DNA from: a bacterium
Lineage (GTDB): Bacteria; Bacillota; Clostridia; Lachnospirales; Lachnospiraceae
Reading direction: 5' to 3'
Assembly (NCBI GenBank): GCA_963596755.1
Contig: CAVBNJ010000001.1
Location: 1-34,854, forward strand
DNA: 34,854 nt
The notes beneath the pieces are model-generated. The model was not told the DNA's origin. It saw only the letters and a program-made list of their open reading frames with translations, and ran no database searches. Both the position numbers and the translations under genes were made by a program. The first letter of the stretch is position 1. Each line of letters starts with the position of its first letter. Of this stretch, positions 1-9,860 are shown piece by piece.

Positions 1-937
1 ATATTCCGCAGCCTGTGGCGATGAGCCTGCAGGAGCGCAGAACGAAACAGCTTTTGTATTATTGTAAAGACCTAAGCAACGAGTACTACGTCGATATGTA
101 CCGGGGCATGTGTGAAGCAGCAAATGAAAGAGGATATCTGGTAACGATAAGCGGAATGATGGAATTTGACCGAATCAAAGATACGATGATTGACGGAATC
201 ATCATGCCGAATGAAGAAATGACAAGTTATTATATGAATCGGGGGGGGGTAAAAACTATTACCTGCCCGTCGTAAGTGCTTCTTACTGCAACGTTGTGGA
301 TATCCCAAAATCGGTACCGCTGGTGGAAACGGATATGTATCGGGCAATGGATCTTGCTCTGAAGTATTTGAACAGTATGGGACATAAAGTGATAGCATTT
401 GGATTTCCCTATGACAGAAATAATTATAATTCCAGATTTCTGGCCTGGAAGAATTATATCAAAGAGGTCACCGGAAACACCGGATGGGAAAAATATCTGC
501 TGGCTATGAATCAGAATGAAATGAAAGATGATCCCAGAATTCTTCCATTTTCCGAGGATTTACCGGAACAAAGCATTCATACGGAAGAAGATTTCTTCGG
601 AAAAGGAAAACTTGCAGCACAGGTCTTTCTGGAAAGAAAGCTGAATGCAACAGCAATTATCTGTTTCAATGATGAATTTGCGATAGGAATGATAAAAGGA
701 TTTCAGGAGATGGGAGTCAATGTACCGGAACAGATTTCTGTGATGGGAATTGACGGAACCGGAACCAGAAAATATCTTTCCCCGTCTCTTACTACGGTTA
801 ATATGTTCCCCAAGAAGCAGGGCCGGGAATGTGCGAATGTTCTGATCGATATCATCGAGAAGAAAAATAAGCGGTATATCGTACATCTGAAACCGAAACT
901 GCAGATAGGAGAAAGCGTTAAAAATCTACATACGTAA
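1..937 (+). pseudogene. LacI-family transcriptional regulator, 5'-truncated by the window edge and frameshifted at the G9 run (241-249)
   Basis: ORF 15-275 carries the LacI hinge (IPQPVAMSLQERRTK). ORF 296-937 carries the sugar-binding C-terminus (ATAIICFNDEFAIG, VPEQISVMGID, PSLTTV). Deleting one G joins them (RGGKNYYLPVVSASY...). May be an intact gene with a homopolymer sequencing error. Confidence 0.75.
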
Positions 938-962
938 GGTTAGAAAACACAGGAGGTAGAGT

Positions 963-2336
963 ATGAAAAAAAGCAGTATGGTGAAGAAAGGTTTAGCTTG
1001 TGCAATGGCAGCAACCATGACAGTCGGACTTGCAGCATGCGGCGGCGGAGACAGCAGCAGTGATGCGAAAGACGTTGATTTCTCCGATCCGGAAAGCATC
1101 TCCGGTACCATTACCGTAGGCGGATGGCCATCTGGCGATGATGGTTTCAAAGCAGCTATGGAAGGTTTCAACAAAGTTTATCCGAACATTCAGGTAGAAT
1201 GGCAGTTCACCGATACAACATCACATCATCAGGCACTGCAGACATCCCTGTCCGCTGGAGACGGCGCTCCGGATGTTGCCATGGTAGAGGGTGCTTACGT
1301 TGCGCAGTATCGTGATTCCTCAGCATTAACCAACCTGCTGGATGAGCCATACAACGCAGGCGAGCTGAAAGATGATTTCGTAGCATTCAAATGGGATCAG
1401 TGCCAGTCCGCAGACGGAAAAGCAATGCGCCTGATTCCTTGGGATGTAGGACCAACCACTTACTTCTATCGTACCGATATCTTTGAAGAATGCGGACTTC
1501 CGACCGACCCGGATGAAGTTGCTGAACTGATGAGCACATGGGACGGCGTACTGGAAGTAGCAAGAAAAGTAAATATTCCTGGAAAACGCTGGCTGTTACC
1601 GGATGCAGCTTATCTGTACTACGAACTGTTCTGCAACAGAGATTTCTATGACGAAGATCTGAACCTGCAGGTAGAAAGAGACGGCGACCTGGATTGCCTG
1701 AACGCAGTAATCAAGATGCGTGAAGAAGGTCTGGATATGAACGTTGATATGTGGAGCACCGAAGCAAAAGCAGCTTATGCTGACGGCAGTGTAGCATCTG
1801 TTATCTCCGGCGGATGGTTCGGTGGATTCCTGAAAACAGACTATGCACCGGACGCTTCCGGAAAATGGGGCGTTGCTAAGATGCCTGGCGGTGTAAAAGC
1901 TTCCAACTGGGGCGGATCTTTCCTGGTAATCCCGGAGCAGAGCAAGAATAAAGCAGCAGCGTGGGCATTTGTAAAATACATGCTGGCAACCAAAGAAGGT
2001 CAGAACGACATCTTCCAGGCAGTAGATTACTTCCCGGCTTACACACCTGCATATGAAGATTCCGCTATCTATGATGCAACAGATGATTACTTCAGCGGAC
2101 AGCAGCCGAAAAAACTGTGGGCAGAGCTGGCAACAGAACTGCAGCCTGTAAACACAACCATGATGGACTCCGCAGCAGACGGATGCATCTATACATCTGT
2201 AAACTCCGGACTGGAGCAGGGCCTGGATGCAGAAGGTATCCGCGCTCAGGTAATATCTGATATCGAAGCAGCAACTGCAGAAGTAAAAGAGCAGCAGATT
2301 CAGGTACTGAAAGACGCTGGCGTTTGGGACAAATAA
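963..2336 (+). CDS. Carbohydrate ABC transporter substrate-binding lipoprotein
   Basis: AGGAGG RBS, signal peptide with lipobox LAAC, APDVAMVE and WGGSFLVI motifs, followed by two permeases. Confidence 0.93.
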   Translation: MKKSSMVKKGLACAMAATMTVGLAACGGGDSSSDAKDVDFSDPESISGTITVGGWPSGDDGFKAAMEGFNKVYPNIQVEWQFTDTTSHHQALQTSLSAGDGAPDVAMVEGAYVAQYRDSSALTNLLDEPYNAGELKDDFVAFKWDQCQSADGKAMRLIPWDVGPTTYFYRTDIFEECGLPTDPDEVAELMSTWDGVLEVARKVNIPGKRWLLPDAAYLYYELFCNRDFYDEDLNLQVERDGDLDCLNAVIKMREEGLDMNVDMWSTEAKAAYADGSVASVISGGWFGGFLKTDYAPDASGKWGVAKMPGGVKASNWGGSFLVIPEQSKNKAAAWAFVKYMLATKEGQNDIFQAVDYFPAYTPAYEDSAIYDATDDYFSGQQPKKLWAELATELQPVNTTMMDSAADGCIYTSVNSGLEQGLDAEGIRAQVISDIEAATAEVKEQQIQVLKDAGVWDK

Positions 2337-2363
2337 GAAGTAAATCAGTAAAAATTTAAGAAT

Positions 2364-2410
2364 TAAAATCGGCCGCTGCATCGGAATTGTCCGGTCGGCG
2401 GCTGATTTTA
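2364..2410 (+). other. Intercistronic stem-loop after the substrate-binding gene (mRNA stabiliser or partial terminator)
   Basis: TAAAATCGGCCGC...GCGGCTGATTTTA inverted repeat. Confidence 0.6.
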
Positions 2411-2446
2411 CATAAAGAGTACTGATGGACGGAAGGAGGACCACTT

Positions 2447-3382
2447 TTGAAAACAAAAAAGAAAACCGGATTTGTTTATACATTAAAACAAAATAAAGTG
2501 GCATACGCATACATCGCACCATTTTATATCTTATTCGCAATCTTCGGTCTGTTCCCGATCGTAGCCGGATTTGCACTGAGCTTCTTCCGGTGGGACGGCA
2601 TCGGACCGATGCATTTTAACGGAGTAACCAACTATATTAACCTGTTTAAAGACCCGCTGTTCTGGAAAGCATTATCGAACACACTGCTGATCGGTATCAT
2701 TGCACATATTCCGATTCTGCTGGGCGGTCTTGCTCTGGCATATATTCTGAATTCGAAACTGGTAAAAGGTGAGAATATCTTTAAAACCATCTATTTTATG
2801 CCTATGGTAACAAGTTCTGTTGCGATCTCCATTATCTTCCAGACCATGTTTGGAAATAATTATGGTGTCATCAACTGGTTCCTGAGCCTGTTCGGCGGCA
2901 AAAACATCAACTGGCTGGGCGGAGACGGAAGTCTGATCAAAGTAGCCGTTATTGTAATGTTTGCATGGAAATGGGTAGGCTGGAACATGGTTATCTATCT
3001 GGCCGGCATGCAGGGTATCAGCAATGATATCTATGAAGCAGCCAGAATCGATGGTGCTTCCAACACAAGAGTTATGTTCAGTATCGTTATCCCACTGTTA
3101 AAACCAATCATCATCTTTACGATCGTACAGTCCAGTATCGGTATGTTCAACCTGTTCACGGAGCCATTCATCTTAACAAACTCCAGCTGGACCGGCGGTA
3201 TCAACAATGGCGGTCTGACACTGATGATGTACCTGTTAAACAAAGCTCCGCAGGGAGGAAACTCCTATGGATATGCATCTGCTTGTGCATACGTGATCAC
3301 AATCATGATCGTTGTAATCTCTGTCTTTGTTAACAAATTCTCGGAAGAGAAAGATACTGGAAGGAGGAAATACGGTAAATGA
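2447..3382 (+). CDS. Carbohydrate ABC transporter permease (MalF/UgpA type)
   Basis: TTG start after AAGGAGG; EAA motif IYEAARIDGAS; hydrophobic helices. Confidence 0.93.
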   Translation: MKTKKKTGFVYTLKQNKVAYAYIAPFYILFAIFGLFPIVAGFALSFFRWDGIGPMHFNGVTNYINLFKDPLFWKALSNTLLIGIIAHIPILLGGLALAYILNSKLVKGENIFKTIYFMPMVTSSVAISIIFQTMFGNNYGVINWFLSLFGGKNINWLGGDGSLIKVAVIVMFAWKWVGWNMVIYLAGMQGISNDIYEAARIDGASNTRVMFSIVIPLLKPIIIFTIVQSSIGMFNLFTEPFILTNSSWTGGINNGGLTLMMYLLNKAPQGGNSYGYASACAYVITIMIVVISVFVNKFSEEKDTGRRKYGK

Positions 3383-4263
3383 AAACATTATTAATTTTAC
3401 TTGCAGCTTTAGCCGTTATCTTAATCGTGATTGCCAAGGTTCATCCGATTGGAAAGAAAATCTCCTTATATATTGTTCTGGGACTGATCGCATTGATCAT
3501 GCTGGTTCCGTTCTATATGATGTTCGTTATGGCAACCCATACAACCAGTGAAATCTATTCCTTCCCGCCGGCACTGTGGTTTGGAACAAACCTGGCAACC
3601 AACTTCCACAACATGGTGGAGGCGGTAAACTTCCCGCGGGCCTTCCTGAACAGCTGTATCGTAACGTTTGGCAATGTGATCCTGGTACTGTTCTTCTGTT
3701 CCATCGGCGGATATGCATTCTCTGTATATGATTTCCCGGGAAAGAAAGCACTGTTTGCGATTCTTCTTGGTACGATGATGGTTCCATGGACAGCAGGTAT
3801 CATCCCGTGGTTCATCATGATGTCAAAACTGGGCTGGTTAAACAGCTTCTGGGCACTGATCATTCCGAGCTGTGCGAATGCATTCGGTATCTTCTGGATG
3901 CGGCAGTACTGCCAGAACAACGTACCGGTATCTCTGATCGAAGCAGCACGGCTCGACGGCTGCAGTGAGTGGACGATCTTCTTCCGCGTTATTGCACCAA
4001 TCCTGAAACCGGCTTATGCATCCCTTGGTATCATGCAGTTCGTAAACGTATGGAACGACTTCATGCAGCCGCTGATGATTCTGCGTAAAGCAGACAAAAT
4101 GACGCTGCCGCTGATGCTGAAGACTATGGTTGGTGACCGTGGTACTGATTACGGCGCGCTGATGTTTGCCAGCACCTGTGCGGTACTGCCGCTGCTGATT
4201 GCATTCTTAAGTGCATCTAAGTTCTTTATGTCTGGTCTGACATCTGGTGCGGTAAAAGAATAA
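3379..4263 (+). CDS. Carbohydrate ABC transporter permease (MalG/UgpE type)
   Basis: 4-nt ATGA overlap with the upstream gene; LIEAARLDGCS; C-terminal GLTSGAVKE. Confidence 0.93.
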   Translation: MKTLLILLAALAVILIVIAKVHPIGKKISLYIVLGLIALIMLVPFYMMFVMATHTTSEIYSFPPALWFGTNLATNFHNMVEAVNFPRAFLNSCIVTFGNVILVLFFCSIGGYAFSVYDFPGKKALFAILLGTMMVPWTAGIIPWFIMMSKLGWLNSFWALIIPSCANAFGIFWMRQYCQNNVPVSLIEAARLDGCSEWTIFFRVIAPILKPAYASLGIMQFVNVWNDFMQPLMILRKADKMTLPLMLKTMVGDRGTDYGALMFASTCAVLPLLIAFLSASKFFMSGLTSGAVKE

Positions 4264-4309
4264 ATATGATATGATTAAGGTATGAATAAAAAGCGAGAGA
4301 GGTGATCTT

Positions 4310-6349
4310 ATGGAAATTGTGAACGGCGAAAGACTGGTATTAGGAACGTGTTATTACCCGGAGCACTGGGACGAGAGTCTCTGGCGCGACGACTTGAAAC
4401 GAATGCTGGAAAACGGCATTGAAGTAATTCGAATCGCAGAATTTGCATGGAGTAAGATTGAGCGGTACGAAGGTGTTTTCAACTATGATTTCTTTGACAG
4501 ATTTCTGGATCTGGCAGCTGAGATGGGTATGAAAGTAATCTTTTGTACCCCGACAGCGACTCCGCCGGCATGGCTGACAGAAAAATATCCGGAAGTGCTG
4601 AATGCGAACATGGACGGCGTTCTGTACCGTCATGGCGGAAGAAGACATTACAACTACAATTCTCCGAAATATCAGGAACTGACGAGAATCATCGTTGAAA
4701 AATCCGCATCTCATTATGCAAAACATCCGGCCATTATCGGATGGCAGATCGACAACGAGATCAACTGCGAGAAAAATGAGTTCTATTCCGAAAGTGATAC
4801 GATCGCTTTCCGCAAATTCCTGATGGAAAAATACGGAAGCATCGATGCATTGAATGATGCATGGGGAACCAATTTCTGGAATCAGACGTACAACAGTTTC
4901 GAGGAAGTATATGTTCCGAGAACAACACTGAGCAACAATACCAACCCGCATGAAGTGCTGGATTATACAAGATTCGTATCCGACAGTGCATGCAAATTTG
5001 CAAAACTGCAGAGCGATATCATCCGCAAATATTTGAAGCCGGGTGATTTTATCACCACCAATGGTCTGTTCGGCAACCTGGACAACCAGAGAATGACAAA
5101 CGAGAGTCTGGATTTCATCATGTATGATTCCTACCCGAACTTTGCTTACTGCCTGGATGCGTACAAACCAGACAACTTCCTGAAAGACCGTATGTGGAGC
5201 CGCAACCTGTCTGAGGTTCGTGCCGTATCCAAAAACTTCGGCATCATGGAGCAGCAGTCCGGCGCCAATGGATGGAATACCGGTATGGCAGCTCCGACTC
5301 CGAAACCGGGACAGATGACGCTGTGGACGATGCAGAGTGTAGCACACGGTGCCGATTATATCAGCTATTTCCGCTGGAGAACGTGTACATACGGAACAGA
5401 GATCTACTGGCATGGCATCCTGGATTATTCCGGAAGAGACAACCGCAGACTGGCGGAAGTAAAATCGATTCATGAGAAATTCCAGAAATTGTCCGAGATC
5501 GCAGGTTCCAAATATGAAGCAAAAGTTGGTTTCCTGAAAGATTACGACAACGTATGGGACAGCCAGCTGGATGTATGGCATGAAAAAGTGGAGTGGAAGA
5601 GCCAGCTTAGCATTTTCGAAGCTGCGCAGAGAACGCATACACCGATGGATTATATCTATCTGCGCGACGATGTAACCGCAGAAGATCTGAAACCATATAC
5701 CGTGCTGTTCTACCCGCATCCGGTACTGATTTCTGACGAGAGAAAAGCCGTACTCGAAGAGTACGTAAAGAACGGCGGCTGCCTGGTTCTGGGCTGCAGA
5801 AGCGGATACAAAGATATGTACGGCCGCTGCGTGATGGACAAACTGCCGGGCAAATTTGCCGAGATGACCGGCGTGGATATTCCAGAATACACCCTGGTAT
5901 CCCCGGACAACAAAGATATCGTAATCGACTGGGACGGCACCAAACTGGAAGCTGCTGTATTTAATGATCAGCTGGCTGCAGTTGGAGAGCACGCAGAAGT
6001 TCTTGGCGCTTATGAAAACTGCTACTATGCAGGAGCACCTGGACTGATCAAGAATACCTACGGAGAAGGAACCGTATACTATTTCGGCGCAGCATTTTCT
6101 GAGGAAACCGCAGAAGTATTCCTGGAAAAACTGGGTGTGAAAGATCCATACAAAGAGAAACTGGAGATTCCGGAAACCTGCGAACTGGCTGTCAGAAAGA
6201 AAGACGATACCGAGTACTGCTTCGTCCTGAACTACAAAGAGGAAGAAACCAAAATTCAGGTCAAAGAAGAGATGACAGATCTGTATACCGGTGAAAAAGT
6301 GAGCGGTACCGTTGTTCTGAAACCGTTTGAGGTAAGAATACTGAAATAA
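4310..6349 (+). CDS. Beta-galactosidase, glycoside hydrolase family 42
   Basis: YYPEHW, EFAWS, TPTATPPAWL, WQIDNE (acid/base), IMEQQSG (nucleophile), YFRWR. Confidence 0.95.
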   Translation: MEIVNGERLVLGTCYYPEHWDESLWRDDLKRMLENGIEVIRIAEFAWSKIERYEGVFNYDFFDRFLDLAAEMGMKVIFCTPTATPPAWLTEKYPEVLNANMDGVLYRHGGRRHYNYNSPKYQELTRIIVEKSASHYAKHPAIIGWQIDNEINCEKNEFYSESDTIAFRKFLMEKYGSIDALNDAWGTNFWNQTYNSFEEVYVPRTTLSNNTNPHEVLDYTRFVSDSACKFAKLQSDIIRKYLKPGDFITTNGLFGNLDNQRMTNESLDFIMYDSYPNFAYCLDAYKPDNFLKDRMWSRNLSEVRAVSKNFGIMEQQSGANGWNTGMAAPTPKPGQMTLWTMQSVAHGADYISYFRWRTCTYGTEIYWHGILDYSGRDNRRLAEVKSIHEKFQKLSEIAGSKYEAKVGFLKDYDNVWDSQLDVWHEKVEWKSQLSIFEAAQRTHTPMDYIYLRDDVTAEDLKPYTVLFYPHPVLISDERKAVLEEYVKNGGCLVLGCRSGYKDMYGRCVMDKLPGKFAEMTGVDIPEYTLVSPDNKDIVIDWDGTKLEAAVFNDQLAAVGEHAEVLGAYENCYYAGAPGLIKNTYGEGTVYYFGAAFSEETAEVFLEKLGVKDPYKEKLEIPETCELAVRKKDDTEYCFVLNYKEEETKIQVKEEMTDLYTGEKVSGTVVLKPFEVRILK

Positions 6350-6363
6350 AAAGATAAGCAGAG

Positions 6364-6411
6364 AAAAGAAGGGGCGACTGCATGAAATTAGTGCAGCGCT
6401 CTTTCTTTTTT
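6364..6411 (+). terminator. Intrinsic terminator of the sugar operon
   Basis: AAGAAGGGGCG...CGCTCTTTCTT stem followed by a T-run. Confidence 0.7.
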
Positions 6412-6520
6412 GAGTAAATAAAATTACAGAAAGACACTTGTTCCTGCCTTGCACTTTCAGAGAACTCCCGTTAGAATCGTAGCTATAGAAAAGATAGGAC
6501 AAAAATGGAGGGCTTATAAA

Positions 6521-7702
6521 ATGAAAGATTTTATTTATGACGGAAGTGTCCGCATTGTTTACGGTGCGGGGCAGAAGGATTTTGTGATTGGGGAACTTGC
6601 GAAGCTTGGTAAGCGGCTGCTGGTCGTGCCGACAGGAAGCTTTGTGGCAGGCGGCCATTATGAGGAGCTGAAAAACGATCTCGAGGCGGCAGGGCTTACC
6701 GTGTTCTGTCTGAAAGCTGGAAAAGAGCCGCTGCTCAGCAAAGTAAATGAGGGCATCAAGCTTTGTCTGGAGGAAAAGATTGAGGCAGTTCTCGGTATCG
6801 GCGGCGGAGTCAGCATGGATCTGGCAAAGACGATTGCGTTTGGTGCGCTGCATGCGGATGTGCCGATGGAAAAATATCTGACGTACGAAGTTTCGACAGA
6901 GAATCTGGCACAGCTTCCGGTTGTAACAATTCCGACGAACCCGATGTCCGGCTCCGAGACGAATGCGGATGTGCAGATCACACTCGACGACACCGGTCTG
7001 CAGGCAGGCTGCCCGGTTGGAAAAGCTGTCTTTACCTGGCTGAACCCGGTTTATATGGCATCTCTCCCGGACAAAGTGCTGACTTCCGGACAGATGACTG
7101 CGTTTGTGCAGATTTCTATTAATTATCTGAACCTCAGCCGTTCCGTACTGGCGGAGCATTATGCCGAGGGAGCGATGAAAACGGTTCTCGAGTGCCTGCG
7201 CAGAAGCCTCGCCGATCCGACCGATCTGGATGCGCGCGGAACGCTGCTGCTGAACAGTGCACTCAGCCTGTCCGGCATCAATGATCTCGGTCGCCAGGGC
7301 GAATTCGTGCCGTATCCGCTGCAGTCCTTTGCACAGCGTTACCTTGGACTGAATTACCCGCAGGCATTAAACGGACTGTTCCCGTACTGGCTGAAAGAGA
7401 TCTATCGCGCAAGTGAAGACAAGGGAATTTTCTACCGCTATTTTGAGGAGATTCTGAATGTCTCCACCGAGGGCAAAGAGGACGAGGCTCTGCTGCAGGA
7501 AGCGTTTGCGGCACTGAAAGCACTGTATCAGGAATTCGGCATTGCCTTTACCTACGGAGAAATTGCCGAGGATCCGAAGGATCATCAGAAGCTGGTCGAA
7601 ATCATCGACTCTTTCGGACCGATGCCGTGTGGTATCATGGAGATCAATACGGAGAAAATGGCGAAAATGATCGAGGATGCGATCGTTGGGAACCTGAAAT
7701 AA
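6521..7702 (+). CDS. Iron-containing alcohol dehydrogenase family protein (BdhA-like) with degenerate metal site
   Basis: GGAGG RBS then ATG at 6521; GIGGGVSMDLAK nucleotide-binding loop, IPT..SGSE motif; Asp/His metal ligands absent. Confidence 0.85.
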   Translation: MKDFIYDGSVRIVYGAGQKDFVIGELAKLGKRLLVVPTGSFVAGGHYEELKNDLEAAGLTVFCLKAGKEPLLSKVNEGIKLCLEEKIEAVLGIGGGVSMDLAKTIAFGALHADVPMEKYLTYEVSTENLAQLPVVTIPTNPMSGSETNADVQITLDDTGLQAGCPVGKAVFTWLNPVYMASLPDKVLTSGQMTAFVQISINYLNLSRSVLAEHYAEGAMKTVLECLRRSLADPTDLDARGTLLLNSALSLSGINDLGRQGEFVPYPLQSFAQRYLGLNYPQALNGLFPYWLKEIYRASEDKGIFYRYFEEILNVSTEGKEDEALLQEAFAALKALYQEFGIAFTYGEIAEDPKDHQKLVEIIDSFGPMPCGIMEINTEKMAKMIEDAIVGNLK

Positions 7703-7777
7703 GTGATTCTACTTCGAGGGGGTGTGATTTCACCCCCTTTTCTGATATGATTTCCTTAAAGAAAAGGGGGAAATCGT

Positions 7778-8683
7778 ATGGATCTTGTCAAAATTGGAAA
7801 ATATATTGCGGAAAAAAGAAAAGCGCTCGGCATGACACAGAAGCAGCTGGCGGAGCAGCTCGGGATGAGTGATAAATCTGTCTCGAAATGGGAGCGGGGC
7901 GTCTGCCTGCCGGATGTGTCGGTGTATCTGGAACTGTGTAAGATTCTCGGCATCACCATCAACGAATTTCTCGCCGGGGAGGACATCACCGAGGAAAATC
8001 TGACGGCGAAATCGGAGGACAACCTGATCCAGGTTGCGAAGGACAGCAAGCATCGGCAGAAGCATTTGAAAGGTATGATTGCGGTGCTGGCGCTGACGGC
8101 TGTACTGGCGATTGCGGCAGCCGGCGTGATGTGGTACCGCAGTGTGCGGACACCGAAGAATTTTATTGCACCGTATGACATGGATTCACCGGAAATGAAC
8201 ATCGCCCGGGTACTTTCCGGTCCGGACGGCGCGATGCTCTTTCAGTATTCGGCAGATGAGCCGTTCCAGAACATGACATTGTATCTGTCGGAATATCACT
8301 ACGGCGAACAGGTTTCCAAAACGGAACTCGCAGGGCTTTCTTATGATACTTCCGGTGATCTGCCTTCTCCATCGGATGGAATGATCGCGCTGATCCCGGA
8401 TTTTGAGGAGTTCAAAGTTGATGTATATATCACAGACAGTGCCGCCAAATATCAGACGAAGTTTCCGATTCTCGAGGGCGTAGAAAACCGGGAAGTCTTC
8501 GGCAGATCCGGCACGGAAATCACGGATGACATTGCACTTGTCTATGATAAAGAGCTGGGACTGGGGGCGTTCTTTTATGGAGAGAATGGGCTCAGCGCGT
8601 ATTCTGTTGAGGATTTGGAAAAAGGAAATGTGGAATTGAAGAACGAGTATACGTATTATGTCTCTGTTGAGTTTTCAAAATAG
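7778..8683 (+). CDS. XRE-family HTH regulator with one TM helix and a C-terminal extracytoplasmic domain
   Basis: TQKQLAEQLGMSDKSVSKWERG..PD; hydrophobic MIAVLALTAVLAIAAAGVMWY. Confidence 0.85.
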   Translation: MDLVKIGKYIAEKRKALGMTQKQLAEQLGMSDKSVSKWERGVCLPDVSVYLELCKILGITINEFLAGEDITEENLTAKSEDNLIQVAKDSKHRQKHLKGMIAVLALTAVLAIAAAGVMWYRSVRTPKNFIAPYDMDSPEMNIARVLSGPDGAMLFQYSADEPFQNMTLYLSEYHYGEQVSKTELAGLSYDTSGDLPSPSDGMIALIPDFEEFKVDVYITDSAAKYQTKFPILEGVENREVFGRSGTEITDDIALVYDKELGLGAFFYGENGLSAYSVEDLEKGNVELKNEYTYYVSVEFSK

Positions 8684-8712
8684 AAAAATGAAGTGACCGT
8701 GCACAGATCTTC

Positions 8713-8760
8713 TTGACAAAATAGTTAGACTGAGCTAACCTCATCTTAAGAGAATCTAAC
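8713..8760 (+). promoter_or_regulatory. Sigma-A promoter with two palindromic operator-like sites
   Basis: TTGACA (8713)-17 bp-TAACCT (8736); GTTAG-N6-CTAAC at 8724-8739 and degenerate CTTAA-N6-CTAAC at 8745-8760. Confidence 0.6.
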
Positions 8761-8775
8761 TTGGGAGGTGGGACG

Positions 8776-9408
8776 ATGAGTGTAACTGTTTTGCGATTTC
8801 TGCTGGTGCTGGGGATCATCGGGCATGCGGTGAATATGTACTGCGACCGCATCATCAGCATATTTCCGAATGGCAGGCTGATGATTGAGGACATCAAGAC
8901 CATCGGTGAGGAAGGAAAGATGGCGAAGGTGATGGAGGGCGTATCGGAGAAAGTGCCCATGCGTTCGGCGGTCTGGGGTGCCTATTCGCTGGTGCTGCAG
9001 TTTTTTGGATATTTTGCGATCACGGCGTACATCTACGGAAAATCCAAAATCTATGGTTCGATCATGTTCGCGGCGATCGTCATGTTCATCACAGTCGGAG
9101 CGGCGCACCATGTGAAAACGGCGCTGATGGAGTATGTATTTCTTCATATGGGAAAAGATGCAAGAGCAAAAGATATGATGGTGGCTCTGTATAACGGCGA
9201 GACGGCAACGACGAAGTGCTATATCGGGTATCTCGTCTATGTATTTGCACTGATCGCTGCAATTGTAACCGGCACGGCAGCAGTCCCGGTCTGGGCAGTC
9301 ATCTTTACGGTTCTGCCGATCTTTCTTGCGATGTTTCCGTTTCGAATCATCGGAACACTGCACATCGCGGCGATGGTTTCGATGCTGGCGTGGATCTTTT
9401 TGGTATAG
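8776..9408 (+). CDS. Multi-pass membrane protein of unknown function
   Basis: GGGAGGTG RBS, ATG at 8776, about six hydrophobic segments. Confidence 0.8.
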   Translation: MSVTVLRFLLVLGIIGHAVNMYCDRIISIFPNGRLMIEDIKTIGEEGKMAKVMEGVSEKVPMRSAVWGAYSLVLQFFGYFAITAYIYGKSKIYGSIMFAAIVMFITVGAAHHVKTALMEYVFLHMGKDARAKDMMVALYNGETATTKCYIGYLVYVFALIAAIVTGTAAVPVWAVIFTVLPIFLAMFPFRIIGTLHIAAMVSMLAWIFLV

Positions 9409-9432
9409 TATTTTGAGATGGGGAAAACGCAG

Positions 9433-9484
9433 AAAAACCGCGGAATTCAATGCCTTTTCAGGGGGATGGGTTCTGCGGTTTTTT
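9433..9484. terminator. Bidirectional terminator between convergent genes
   Basis: AAAAACCGCGGAA...TTCTGCGGTTTTT. Confidence 0.7.
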
Positions 9485-9488
9485 GTGA

Positions 9489-9662
9489 TTATTTTTCAAT
9501 CGGGTTATCCAGCATGTAGATGATACAGGCAAATCCCGCGATCATGGCGAATAAAACTGCACCGCCCAAAGGCTGATCAAGCAGAAACGCGCCGGCAAAG
9601 AAACCAGCGATTGCGGCAAGTATCATAACAATAACAGATACGACCGTTCGAAATTTTTCCAT
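9489..9662 (-). CDS. 57-aa small two-helix membrane protein (below the ORF-track cutoff)
   Basis: MEKFRTVVSVIVMILAAIAGFFAGAFLLDQPLGGAVLFAMIAGFACIIYMLDNPIEK; GGGAGGG RBS; upstream TTGTCT-17-TATAAT; ends at a terminator. Confidence 0.8.
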   Translation of the reverse strand: MEKFRTVVSVIVMILAAIAGFFAGAFLLDQPLGGAVLFAMIAGFACIIYMLDNPIEK

Positions 9663-9680
9663 GTATGTTCCCTCCCGTTT

Positions 9681-9790
9681 CCTTTTCGTCTTTCCTGCAT
9701 GAGAAAATACTTTTTATATAGACATTATAGTTCTAATCGTGTTTTAAGACAATTAGACATTTGTTCTAAAGATGTCTGTGTTTTTTCTAC
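9681..9790 (-). repeat. Promoter/leader block, copy 1 (copy 2 at 11881-11990)
   Basis: Ungapped alignment at offset 2200; 52/70 identical over 9721-9790 by manual count. Confidence 0.75.
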
Positions 9791-9860
9791 TTTCGTGCTG
9801 AGGATATTTTCGTTACAATAGAGATACGGGAAGCTGAAGTTTACAGAAAACAGGGAGATC

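Noticed and set aside
1596..2576. 326-aa minus-strand ORF and similar antisense ORFs (13454-14323, 17480-18310, 25699-26535, 31078-31893)
   Set aside because: Each overlaps a well-supported gene on the opposite strand and has no recognisable motifs
4340..7159. 939-aa minus-strand ORF
   Set aside because: Antisense shadow of the GH42 and ADH genes with no recognisable motifs; explained by sense-strand codon bias
9755..9766. LexA box (GAAC-N4-GTTC) inside the duplicated promoter
   Set aside because: Only the GTTC half matches; the other half is AGAC here and GGGA in the second copy
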